From NCBI GenBank assembly GCA_050084515.1, contig CM114271.1:36580001-36644000 (forward strand): a stretch of DNA of 64,000 nt, written 5' to 3'. Shown here piece by piece: positions 13,701-24,765 of this stretch (its first letter is position 1; each line of letters starts with the position of its first letter). The position numbers and the translations under genes were made by a program. This DNA is from Blasia pusilla. Its lineage: Eukaryota. The notes beneath the pieces were generated by a model. It searched no databases. It saw only the letters and a list, made by a program, of their open reading frames with translations, and was not told the DNA's origin.

Positions 13701-14984
13701 CTCGAGCGTCAGAGCCACGTGGTGCTATTGTGGAGTTGGACCCGCAAAGGGGTGAGGCTGGGAGGCAGGCTAGGCTTCCCCAATCATTCTTGTTGTCTGA
13801 GGTGCTTAGGACTCCATCCATGGTTCCTAGGCAGCCTGTTGAGCCTACAATGGGGACTGAGGCATCTACATCGCGTGTAGTAGACACGAATGCAGCATCC
13901 AATGCAGTATTGCGGATGGAAACTTCAGTGTTGGGATCCCCATTATTTTCGGCCACGGAGCTGATGGCTTTAGGAGTTGACTTAGCTCATGTATTTCAGC
14001 TAGCAGCCACGTTGTGTGAACGTGGGGGTGTTACTGCTACACGTGCTGAGGTGGATGAGGGTGTTGCGGTGGAGTGACCCTCTATGTCAGGTGTAGCATT
14101 GAGTACTAGTGCTACTTAGCAGGCAGCAACGGCGAAGATGGATGCATTACCAGCCCGGCCAGCCATTGATCGTGAGAGGCTTACACCTGGTGTATGTATG
14201 TTGGACAACCGGAGTGGGATATTCCGATTGGTGAGTCCTACAGGACAGGTGTATAGACTAGATAGAGTCTAGTGCCCAACTTTTGATGTTGGGAAAGGCG
14301 GCATGTATTGGTTTGGGTATTCGGAGGTCAGAGCTTGAGCCTTGCCCATTCCAGATTCAAACATCACTTGGAGGAGCCAATGATAGGTCTCAATTCATGA
14401 CACGGGAGAAGTTGTCTGTACACTTGAGACCAGATCATGCAACTGATAGCTCACGGTTGGGAGTACCTACAGTGGTCACATCAGCCGAGTCGTATGATGT
14501 ACTAGTTGGAGGAGCAGTATTATACCTGATGGGTTTTCAGATGGACTACTGGACCGAGACAACGTCATATAGACCTGGTTGGCAGTCCGGGGATGGACGT
14601 ATGAGCGAGGTTCATGTGAGATTTATTTATGGGGCTCGACCAAGAGGGTCTACCCCAAAGGTGTTAGCATCTGTGGCTGGTTTTAGTGGAGTAGTCATTT
14701 GGCCAGGAGACTTTTTGGAGGGTAATCTTTTTGCTATGGATTCTCGTGTGCATGAGGAGGTCCCTAGTTTTGCAGTTGTGGCATCCTCATCGTTGGATGT
14801 GCCACTTTGGAGTTCAGGCGGTGCACTACGGCAGGAGGCTGATCGCCTAGTGCAGGAGGCTTGGTGTGAGGCTCTTATACCTCACGAGGAAGAAGAGATC
14901 CCACAATGGACTCCTACTTCTGGTCTAGTTGGGTTATCCCCTTTGGATAGTACACCCATTGTATGACAGTATCCGCCGGAGGGC

Positions 14985-15910
14985 ATTTGTGTGTTAGATC
15001 TCTTTGGTGGGATTAGCACTGGTTTGCCTCCAGTGTTGCAGGCCGGTATTCTTGTGCGGAGATACGTGTATGTGGAGCGAGATGAGATGGCCTAGAGAGT
15101 CTCATCCCGACATATTGGTCAGTTGATGCGGAGATATCTTGAGATGTTGTCGCCATCAACTATTCGTGGGTACCAACGTGCTTTGTCGTCACACATTGCA
15201 TTGTTGGGGGCACAAGACCTTGAGAGGGTTGGTCGTGTGGATTTGGTGATTTCTGGATGGCCATGTCAGGGTCATACACGTGCTGGTCGTGGTGAGGGTT
15301 TACACGACCCTAGGTCTCGATTGTTTTGGGAGATGTTACGGGTGTTACGACATCTTCAGGTTCATCAAGCACGTGCTCCAGCTTACATTCTGGAGAATGT
15401 TCCATTGTTAGGTGACACTCGGACCCGGATGATGGCGAGTGTTTATGAGGTGCGGTCTTGGATTGGACCAGCGGTATTGTTGGATGTAGCGCGAGTTGGC
15501 TCGCGTGCACATTGTCCACGCTTGTGGTGGACAAACTTGTTGCCTACGGAGGTTCTATGTTGAGCATATGATGCAATACATCGGGATCCTTGCCTTACAG
15601 TGGATAATATCTTGGATACTGGGCGACTTTCTCAGGTGGTGAGGGTTATTGATTGGTCACCCATGGTAGTGGTGAACCATGTGGGCTAGTCTAGGATGGC
15701 ACTACCCATATTTGTGAGTTTTCCCTCGTCACATGCCTACAGGGAAGGTGGTCCCGAGCTTGTATGGGATTCTTATGTGTGACAATTGGTGGAACCTAAC
15801 ACTAATGAGAGAGAGCCTGCAATGGGATTTGCTACTCGTGTGACAGCGGTTGCTTCCATTTCTGAGGCTTCACGACGTCATGTGTTGGGTCAGGCCATGG
15901 ACCTGAATTT
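14985..15910 (+). pseudogene. DNMT3-like C5 cytosine methyltransferase domain in copy 1
   Basis: Motif I VLDLFGGIST, II YVERD, IV GWPCQG (15255-15272), V DPRSRLF, VI ILENV, VIII AHCPRLWWTNL, IX ExExAMGF, X VLGQAMD, in canonical I-X order. Confidence 0.9.
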
Positions 15911-18900
15911 TTTTACCTGGATTTTGAATCTTGGGATGGCCGAGCACCGTTGACTTCAGACTATGTCTATGGGTCTTCCACCCCTTGTGATGAGCTCGAT
16001 GGCTACCAGGATGGTAGAGACATCGGATGGGGGCGAGGAGAATAGTATTTTGCATCCTTGGAGTAAATGGGATGTAATCGCTGGGCATGTGGAGTTGGTT
16101 GCTCATGCTGGTGGAGGTGTTATTTGCTCAAATGATGGTGTAGCTAAGGGTGTACCATCTTGTGAGGGGGTTGCCTAGCAGCCAATGGCGTCGTCCTCTC
16201 CCTCTAGTGTGCCAGTGGAGGAGACTTGGGAGCCATTACTTGGGCCCAAGCTTAGGGGAGGTGAGAAATGACGCTTGACACAATTCCTACGTGCTTATAG
16301 GAGTTGTTTTGCCTTTAGCATGAAGGAGTTTGGTGCTTTGGTTGGACCCGGTATACGGATTGATTTGGCCAATCTTCCGTCGTCCCTACCGATATAGTGA
16401 TATGGAGAGGGACCTGATTCAGAGTAGGACGTTGGACCTTTTGGAGGGTGGATTAGTGGAGTTTTCGCATGGAGAGTATGCATCAGCCACTGTCATGCTT
16501 GCTAAAAAGGATGTGCATGGCAACTACACGGATAGGCGGATGTGTGGAGATTACCGTCTTATCAATCGGCAGCCCAAGGCCGATAGGTATGCTATGCCTA
16601 CACCTGAGGAGATCTTTGATGTGGTGGGACATGCAAAGATTTTCAGTACTTTGGATCTTCGGGTAGGATACCATCAGTTTCCGATTCGAGAGAGTGACAA
16701 GGCCAAGACAACATTTTGGGGTGCCAACTCTCATGGCAAGGATTGTTTGTACCAGTGGAAATTCTTACCCTTTGGGTTAAAGAATGCACCTGCTGAGTTT
16801 CAGAGAGTGATGGATAGGATCCTAGCAGGGTTGGATTTTGTTCGGTGTTACATTGATGATATCTTGGTGTTCAGTAATACGGTGGAGGAGCATCAGATAC
16901 ATTTGTAGATTGTGTTTGAGCGGTTGAAAGCTCATGGTCTACGTTTGCATCCCGGAAAGTGTAAGTTCTTCCATGAGGATGTTGAGTACTTGGGTCATGT
17001 GATCTATCCAGGTGGTTTGGGAGTTCAGCAAGCAAAGGTGGAGGCTATTGCACTTATTCCTCGTCCGGTAGATATGAGTAGAGTTCGGCCATTCATGGGA
17101 TTGGCGAACTGCTATCGGAGGTATGTGAAGGGATTTAGTGCTAGGGCAAAGCCTTTGAACTTATTTCTGAAATCAGATCACGAATGGAACTGGGGAGATG
17201 ATCAAGAGAGAGCTTTTTTGGAGCTCAAGGCCCAGTTGGTGACGGCGCCTATCTTGAGGAGACCTATCAGAGGGCACCCATTTCAGTTACACACTGATTG
17301 GAGTAGGTTGTGACTTGGAGCGGTGTTGACACAACATGATGATGAGCACATGGAGTTTGTGGTGGCCTATGCAAGTCGTACGAATAATGCAGGGGAGTCG
17401 CGCTATAGTTCATATGAGGGAGAGTGCTTGGCAGTTGTGTGGGCTGTGGCACACTTTAGGTGTTACTTGTTTGGCACACAATTTACCCTTGTTACTGATC
17501 ACCAGCCGCTCAAGTGGTTGATGGAGTCTGACAAGCTTACATGGAAGCTTGCATGGTGGGCTCTTATCTTACATGAGTATCACTTCCAGGTGGTACATAG
17601 ACCTAGAGTTTCCAACCTTGATGTTGATGGGTTGAGTAGGAACCCATGTACAAGCCATGAGGATGCAACTGGGGCTAGATGGCATGGCGAGGTTGATGAG
17701 GAGATGGTGTCAGTTTGGCATGCATCCGCCTTTTTATGTTGGTTAGGGGTGAACTCTAGTATGGAGGACCACATGACATCTTACTCTAGTCGGAGGATAG
17801 ATGGCCAACCTTCAGATCCTAAGGTTGGAGATGGTGGTACGGATTAGCATGATATTCATGATGATGCGTTGGTGTTGGAGTTCCTACGGACCAGTAGGGT
17901 GCCAGGCATAGTGAGTGCCAAGGAGCGAGATCGTGTTCTTCAACGTGCTAAGAGGTATCAATTGGAGAAACACATATTCTCCGTGTGTGGGAGGATGGTT
18001 GAGTACGAGTAGTGCCGCATTTGGCTCAGAGAGAGCCCATTGTGCGACATGCCCATGAGGAGTTGGGATATTTTGGGGTAAAGGATACGTATAGCTTACT
18101 CCTTGGTCAGTATTGGTGGCGTGGCATGCATACTCAGGTGCAGTAGTTGGTGTCACGTTGTATGGTTTGTGACCGTATGAGGGCATCATTCAATGTCCCT
18201 ACACCACTGTTACATCCCTTGCCTATTATGGGGTTGGATTACTGTTGGAGTGTGGACTTTGTGGGACCATTACCGTTGACTGTACGACATCATCAATATG
18301 TGTTGGTGATGGTGGAGGACTTCTCCAAGTGGATTGAGTTGGTGGCATTACCTGACAAGGCAAGTGACGGAACGGCGTATGCGTTTCTTGATAGAGTCCT
18401 TAGTCATTTTGGTGCACCAGCTGAAGTGCTGACCAACCAGGGTACAGAGTTTCAGGGTGAGTTTCAGGTCTTGTGTGACAAGGCGTTGATTGATCATCCG
18501 ACCACGTCTCAAGATCATCCAGAGGTGGATGATTTGGCGGAGCGTGTGGTTCAGACGGTGAAGAGGGCATTGGGCAAGTATGGCCTACAGAAGGGGCATC
18601 TTGGAGACTGGGATATTCAATTGCCATGGTTAGCCATGGGATATAGGTTCAGTCGCCAAGCATCCTTGGCTTCCTTCTCACCTTATTTTTTGTTATACGG
18701 CCGAGATCCAGACTTGCCAGCAGCAATTTGTGGAGAGTCTAGTGAGGTGGTGAACCTTGATGACCCTGAGATGTGGATGAGAGTGTGTTCTCAACGGGCA
18801 CAGCTCTTCCGGAGAGTTATGCCAATAGCCTTTGAGAATCTTGCCATTGCTCAACACAGGGATACGTTGCAGTATGCAACCATTCGGGGTGGAGATTATC

Positions 18901-19156
18901 GACCATCGATCCGTAGGTTCCATGTGGGGGGTTGGACTATGCTTATTTGCATTAGATTGCTCCGACAATGTTGGATGTGACGGCAAGCCGCACTATTTTA
19001 CGAGTGTGCGAGGTGTTAGCTTCTGGAGTTCTCATGTTGGAGAGTCGTGATGGAGTTATTTGGAAGGACCATGTGCGTAATTATGCCGCATGTCATCTTC
19101 CAAATGTGGATGATACTGTTGACCCAAGCTTAGCCATGATACGTGCTAGCTTGAGG

Positions 19157-19291
19157 TGCATGTTATGTGGGTCTGCTGGTAACGCAACCACTATGTTGAT
19201 GTGTGATCGGTGTTCTAGGGGTTGGCACATGATGTGTTTGACTGCACGTATGGATGTTGTTCCTACTGGAAGGTGGGTTTTTCCTCGATGT
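19157..19291 (+). other. C-terminal PHD finger after the integrase (copy 1)
   Basis: CMLC...CDRC...WHMMC...W-x-(C>F)-PRC. Copy 2 (56834-56968) has the intact C4HC3 pattern. Confidence 0.88.
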
Positions 19292-19460
19292 ACTTAGGAG
19301 AGGTAGATGACTTGATCTTTGCATGATATGGATTACAGATGTGCGACTAACGATGGGGCAACCTAGCACCCGACCTTCTGATTCGTGCACCCACGAAGGT
19401 GTATAGCATGTAGTAGATGTATAGGGCTACCTGGGAGTTAGAGGGACCTAACCGCCAGTT

Positions 19461-20060
19461 AGGGGGGCGAGTTGTGGTACTTTTTTCTTTGTGGATGCTC
19501 TCGTCTATGTTATGTATGTATGTATGTATGTGAGTATGGTATGTCAACGATGTATGTTGTATGACGATGTGGATTTGCACGACATCTGTCATGACCATAC
19601 GGATTATGTCGTAGAGTATAGTGTGCTAGTAGAGGCCATACCTTATGTAGGGCCGTAGTGTCTAGGTAGAGATGCGGTTTTATACATAGGGTTGGGGGTT
19701 ACTCAGTTGAGGATGACTTTTCTAGTAGGGCCCGCTCTTAGGTTGGAGGATATAGTGTGGAGTGCACTCAAAGAACAGTTAGTTCTTTGCGTTGAGCCTG
19801 TTGCGTTGGGAGTTAGCCTTGGTAGTGAGTAGAGCTCTTGGCTATGGTGGTTCCCGCAAGCTTCAACCTGGATTCTCCCATCGTGGAGTGGGTTTGGCTC
19901 GATTGTATGTGATTCTATACGTGTTTTATGACTCTAGGTCTTTCACGGATTTCAGTTGTGGTACACTTGTGTTTGTGGATGCTCTCATCTATGTTATGTA
20001 TGTATGTGAGTATGGTATGTGAGCGATGTATGTTGTATGACGATGTGGATTTGCACGGCA
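19461..20060 (+). repeat. PPT plus 3' repeat block of copy 1: B1 (19473-19584), A2 (19587-19954), B2 (19957-20060)
   Basis: AGGGGGGCGA-GT-TGTGGTAC...GCACGACA-TC-TGTCATGACC...GATTTCA-GT-TGTGGTAC...GCACGGCA. Confidence 0.92.
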
Positions 20061-20109
20061 GCTTTGAATAATCCCTACCAACATTAGAGCATTAAATCAT
20101 TTAAACATA

Positions 20110-20326
20110 TTAGTCGTTGTTTATGACTCATCTTTAGTGGGCGAGTAAAACAAGTATGACTTGTCTCTACTAAAGGTCATTGATAACTACGTTAGTCATA
20201 TGAAGATGACTCAGTGAGTTGTACGACCCTAAATTTGATGACTAAACCATTTAAGTCATAATTTGAGTCATTCTTTTGATGAGTCACTTAAAGTCTAGTC
20301 ATAAAAACCACCCATTTCTTCTAGTG
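20110..20326 (-). repeat. CACTA subterminal repeats and TIR
   Basis: About a dozen ATGAC(T/C)/(A/G)GTCAT-like motifs in alternating orientation, ending in ...TTTCTTCTAGTG. Confidence 0.8.
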
Positions 20327-21356
20327 GATCCTCCAAAATCCAAAATCCAAACTCCATCTATAACCTAAACCCATGATCGAAAGTGGATGCAACTGTGGAG
20401 TCGGAGCATTGAACGATGCTCGAACTCGAACTCGATCACACATCATACACTTGGCAACAAACTGCTGAACGTTAGTCTGCATGCCTGTCCACCAATACTA
20501 TATCTGGAGCAAGGTGTAAGTCCGCTTCACTCCAAAATGACCCAACTCCTTGTAGGCATGACGCACCAAATGTGCTCTCTTCGAAGGACGAGGCACCACA
20601 CACACTCTACCATCCTCACAAACTCGCAATACATGTGTCCCCTCCCACCGGAACTGTCTGGCTTGTTGTAGGATCCCGCTCTCTAGCACCCACTGTACTC
20701 GTGACGATGCCTATACGCAGGTACTCCAAGACCACTCCATTGTCGTGAATGTCTCAGCCACCTGTCGTCTCCTCATCGACCTCTGGATCTAAGGACTCTC
20801 CATCAGACCTTGCCATCAAAGTCTCAGCAATCTGGCTCTCCATAGCCAAAAAGCCCAAATAGGCTGAGTGCCATCATGGCACCAACTCCTCATCACTCTC
20901 ACCATGCCAACAAGCTCCAGTCGTATCTCGTTGACTCGAGCATGGATTACAGCTCAAACCATCTGCATCTTGGTTGAGCGTCGTAGGTCTATGCACCACC
21001 TAGAAGTCATACTCTTGCAACAAAGAGCCCACCTTGCAAGCTTCCTTGTAAGCTTGTGGGACTCCATCAACCACTTAAGTGGCTGATGATCAGTAATGAT
21101 GGTAAAGGGATTGCCGAATAAATAACACCTAAAATATATGACAACCCACACCGCAACCAAGCACTCACCCTCATACAAGCTATGCTTTGCCTCTAGAGCA
21201 TTGTTCGAGTGACTAGCGTAAGCCATCATGAACTCTCTACCATCATCATCATGCTGGGTGAGCACGGCTCCAAGCCCCAACATGCTCCAATCGGTATGCA
21301 ACTGGAAAGGACGCCCCCTGATCAAGCTCCTCAATAAGGGCATGGACGTCAATATG

Positions 21357-22583
21357 TGTGATACCCACAATTTTGTACTTTTGAAGAATATATCTTTTTA
21401 TTCAACGAAGACTCTTGTACATTATGAATATGATTATGATTATTTATTATTATGAGGAGGAATGAGTAAGATTAAAGTGAATCACAAAGCTCCTAGGACA
21501 AGGCAAAGAGATGGAAGATCAAGGATTTGCCTTAGAGGAGAGGGAAATGCTATAACGAAGTCTAAAGAACCAACGCAAAGCTTGGAAAAGACAACGAAGC
21601 ACTGTTAAGAACTTTTTTATGAAGTGCTTTGCTCTTGAACGAAGCATGAAGAGGAAGAGAAAGAAGTACTTCACTCTCGTACGAAGCGCGAAGCACGAAG
21701 CACCTGAAACAAGAACGAAGCAGAGAGTGCTTCATCCTCAAGAAGTCTAGCGAAGCGAAGCTAAGAATGACAGTGATTTCGAGTGACACACCATTAGAAC
21801 AATTAGACTAGGAAAGGGCGCGACCCTTTGTATCAGATAGATAGTTAGGATTGTTTTGTTCTGCGGATTCACAAGGATCGTAGGAAAAGCTAAGAGAACC
21901 ATATATCTAGGTAGTTAGAAATGGTGAAGAGACACTAGCTTCATCAAGAACGCTTCGAATCTTTGGATCACTCCTACTCCAGCGAGTATTTAAGAAGCAA
22001 GACAGAAGCCATAATCATCATTCTCTTACAAAGTCCTTATGCTGTAGGAATGGTCCAAGCAAGGGAGTAGTACCCTCTGGAGCTTGTATACACTTTGAAG
22101 CTTTCTCATTCTTGATGGAGTAGTAAAGCAATCATTCATTCATTCTGATGTGCGATGCTTATGTCTGAGTATTCCTTTTGGGTCTGCAGAGTGAAGAGTG
22201 AATCAGGCAAACCTTTCTCATCAATGAAATAATCAACATGAGCTGTAGGAAATCTGTTTGACAGAGAGTAGCCTGACGAGACGGATTGAATTCAAAAAGT
22301 AGGAAAAGCCAGTTTTCATGTTGAGGTCTCTGTGAGGTTTCTTGATATTGAGAGGAAATCTACCTGAGCATGCTATCAATTCCACTAGAGAGAATCAAGA
22401 AAAGATCCTTTGGTACTAAGAAAGATCAGCAGATATTGATAAGACATTGAATATAACTCATACACATTTTAACACAACTATTACAACAAAATTGTAATTT
22501 TGAATTCTCTTTCATCAAACAATGATCCTCTTGGGGATCGACCTTATTAAACGACTGTAAAATAGAAACTCTTGTACATTACA
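21357..22583. mobile_element. Solo LTR (1227 bp), unassigned family, 5-bp TSD ATATG
   Basis: TGTGAT...ATTACA termini. ATATG at 21352-21356 and 22584-22588. Removal restores the LKDILTSMP reading in the host element. Confidence 0.88.
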
Positions 22584-23849
22584 ATATGTCCTTGAGCAAC
22601 TAAAATTCTCTCTCATGCTCATCCTCCCAGTGCCACTCGTGATCCACCTTGGTCAGCAAGGTTAGCGGTTTCGCAATCAAATTGAAACCCTTGACGTACC
22701 GTCGATAGAAGTTTGCCAATCCCATGAATGCACGAACTTGACTCACATCTGTAGGGCGTGGAATATGTGAAATAGCCTCTACCTTTGTCTGCTACACACC
22801 AACGCACCTTGGGTATATCCTATGATCCAAGTTCTCAATCTGGTCGTAGAAGAACTTGCACTTGCTTGGATGTAGCTTCAGCCCATGTAACTGAAATCCT
22901 CAAAACACCTCCTCTAGATGTCGCTCATGCTCCTCAATCGTGGCGCTAAAGACTACAATGTCATCAATATAACACCTAGCAAAATCTAGACTTGCCAAGA
23001 TCCTATCCATGACCCTTTGAAACTCAGCTGGGGCATTCTTTAACCCGAATGGTAAGAATTGCCACTAGTACAAACAATCCTTCCCGAAGGATTGATGCCC
23101 CAAAATGTTGTCTTGTGCCTGTCCTCCAATCTGATAAGCAGCTAATGATATTCGGTTCAAAGATCTAACAAATTGAAGTCCTTTACATGCCCAATAGCAT
23201 CAAAGATCTCCTCAGGAGTGGGCATGGCATACCTATCAGACTTAATAGGTCAATAATCTCCACACATCCGCCTATCCGTCCAGTTGCCATGCACATCCTT
23301 CTTGGGGGGCATGACAGTGGCAGATGCAAACTCTCCATGTGACATCTCCACTAGTCGTGCTCCAACCAAGTCCTGGATCCTACTCTGAATCAGAACCCTC
23401 TTCATGTCACTATACCTATAGAATCATCGAAAGATCGGGGTGTCACTCGACAACTCAATGCGGATGCTTGGATCCTTCAGCGTACCCAAATTCTGCATGC
23501 TAAATGCAAAAAAACTCCTATAACTCCTAAGGAACTAGTGTATTTTGCGCTGCTCTCCTCTTGTCAACTTAGGGCCCATATCTGGCTCCCAAGTCTCCAT
23601 CGTGACTACGATAGGACTCTTCAGTGTAGGTGTAGGTGGTTACTATGGTGCAACCCCATCTCGGACAACATAACTCTTATCTCCACTTGCAGTACCCGAA
23701 ACCACGCTCGATGTTGTGGCTACCATGTCCTGGCGTACCTGCAAAACATCCCAAGAAGTCCAAGGGTGCACCAACGCAACAACTATGATCTGACGCATCC
23801 TCAAATGACGCTGATTAGCTACGCCTAAGCTAAAAATCCATGTCAAGTA

Positions 23850-24765
23850 GTTTAGGTCCATTTCCTGACCCAAGTCATGACATCGTGATGCCTCTGATAG
23901 TGACGGTATTGTTGTCACTCATGTGGGGAATCCCATCGCTTGGTCTCGCTCATCGGCGTTGGGCTCCACCAACCTCTGTACCTGGTCATCCCAAACCAAA
24001 CTAAGTCCGGCCTCCTTGAATGGATAGGAAACAAGAAAACTCATCAATGTGGGAAAGGTTGCACGTGGCATGCCAATCCTATTGATCATAGTCAATCATC
24101 ATGCCTTAGTGCGTGTGAGCGAAGACTTGGATCCAAAATAGAATCCACCAACAAATCGGAGGGGTGCTCCACTCTCACATAAGCCCTTTGCAAAACCTCA
24201 TGTGGGACCAAGTTGGTCCACCAAAGATATGGGGGGTGTGCTCTAGAACCTACACTCGCCGCATCCAAAAACACTGCTAGGCCAATCCACGCCCGCACCT
24301 GATGTGCACTCGTTACAACGCGGGACCTTGAACCCCCAAAATCGGCACATTCTCACGAATGTATGCTGAAGAACAAGAGTGATGCTCTTGCAAGTGTCGC
24401 AAAATCTGCATCATCTCCCAAAACAATTTGGAACGAGTGTCACCTAACCCGCTACCTCGTCTAGCACTCGATTGGCCCTCACACCGCCAACCAACAATGA
24501 CAAAATCTATGGCCCCTACCCGCTCCAAGTCCTGCGCCCCCAGCAATGAAATATCCTATGGTAGGGAACTCTAGTATCCCTCGATAGCAGACGTAGACAA
24601 CAAGTCGAAAAAACGGAGGTGTAATTGCACAGCATGGTGAAGTGAAGCACGTCTCGCAACATCATCAATCTCCACATATAGGTATTGCTGCACGCGTACT
24701 CTTGTATGAAAAAAACAGCTAACCGGATGTTGATCCCTGCAAAGAGATCCAACACCCGAATACCC
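23850..24765 (-). pseudogene. DNMT3-like methyltransferase domain (subfamily 2)
   Basis: IRVLDLFAGI, YVEID, VGWRCEG (motif IV with P>R), RSKLFWEM, IRENV, AHPPYLWWTNL, LGQEMDL. Confidence 0.85.

Larger units (their letters stand above)
12116..19297 (+). pseudogene. Gag-PR-DNMT-RT-RNaseH-integrase-PHD polyprotein, copy 1
   Basis: Gag with two Zn knuckles (CWTCGGDHVKRFC, CDHCGRPGHPQEC) and an RGG tract. RT LPFGLKNAPAEFQR...YIDD. RNase H HTDWS...YEGECLAV...TDHQPL. Integrase WSVDFVGP...NQGTEF...AERVV. The fragments join into one frame after correcting indels at about 14270 (-11, inferred from relatives), 16369 (-11), 17968 (-1) and 18930 (+5). Many point stops. Confidence 0.92.
10347..20060 (+). 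mobile_element. Ty3/Gypsy retrotransposon with DNMT and PHD domains, copy 1, full length, split direct repeats A...B-A-B, 4-bp TSD GCTT
   Basis: Termini TGTCATG...CACGGCA. GCTT at 10343-10346 and 20061-20064; removing the element rejoins the host satellite unit. Domain order gag-PR-DNMT-RT-RH-IN-PHD. Confidence 0.93.
1..20326 (-). mobile_element. CACTA (En/Spm) DNA transposon; runs off the left edge and contains a nested 9.7-kb Gypsy insertion
   Basis: 20311-20326 CCCATTTCTTCTAGTG reads CACTAGAAGAAATGGG on the minus strand (CACTA TIR). It is preceded by many ATGAC(T)/AGTCAT subterminal motifs in both orientations. A Transposase_21-type gene lies on the same strand at 1-2330. Gypsy integrase sequence starts right after the TIR. 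The other TIR is outside the window, so the link between TIR and transposase is inferred. Confidence 0.8.

Noticed and set aside
14985-15910. Host DRM/DNMT gene or bacterial restriction-modification methylase
   Set aside because: Intronless, in frame within the pol of four TE copies, not circularly permuted like DRM, and with no prokaryotic gene context.
10347-20060. DIRS/Ngaro/PAT classification based on split direct repeats
   Set aside because: No tyrosine recombinase is recognisable. A protease region, Gypsy-type RT/RNase H, a DDE integrase, a PPT and a 4-bp TSD are present.
19473-20060. A as an ordinary LTR pair, with B a chance local duplication
   Set aside because: The TSD lies outside B2, the PPT abuts B1 rather than A2, and the same layout recurs in copy 2 at another site.
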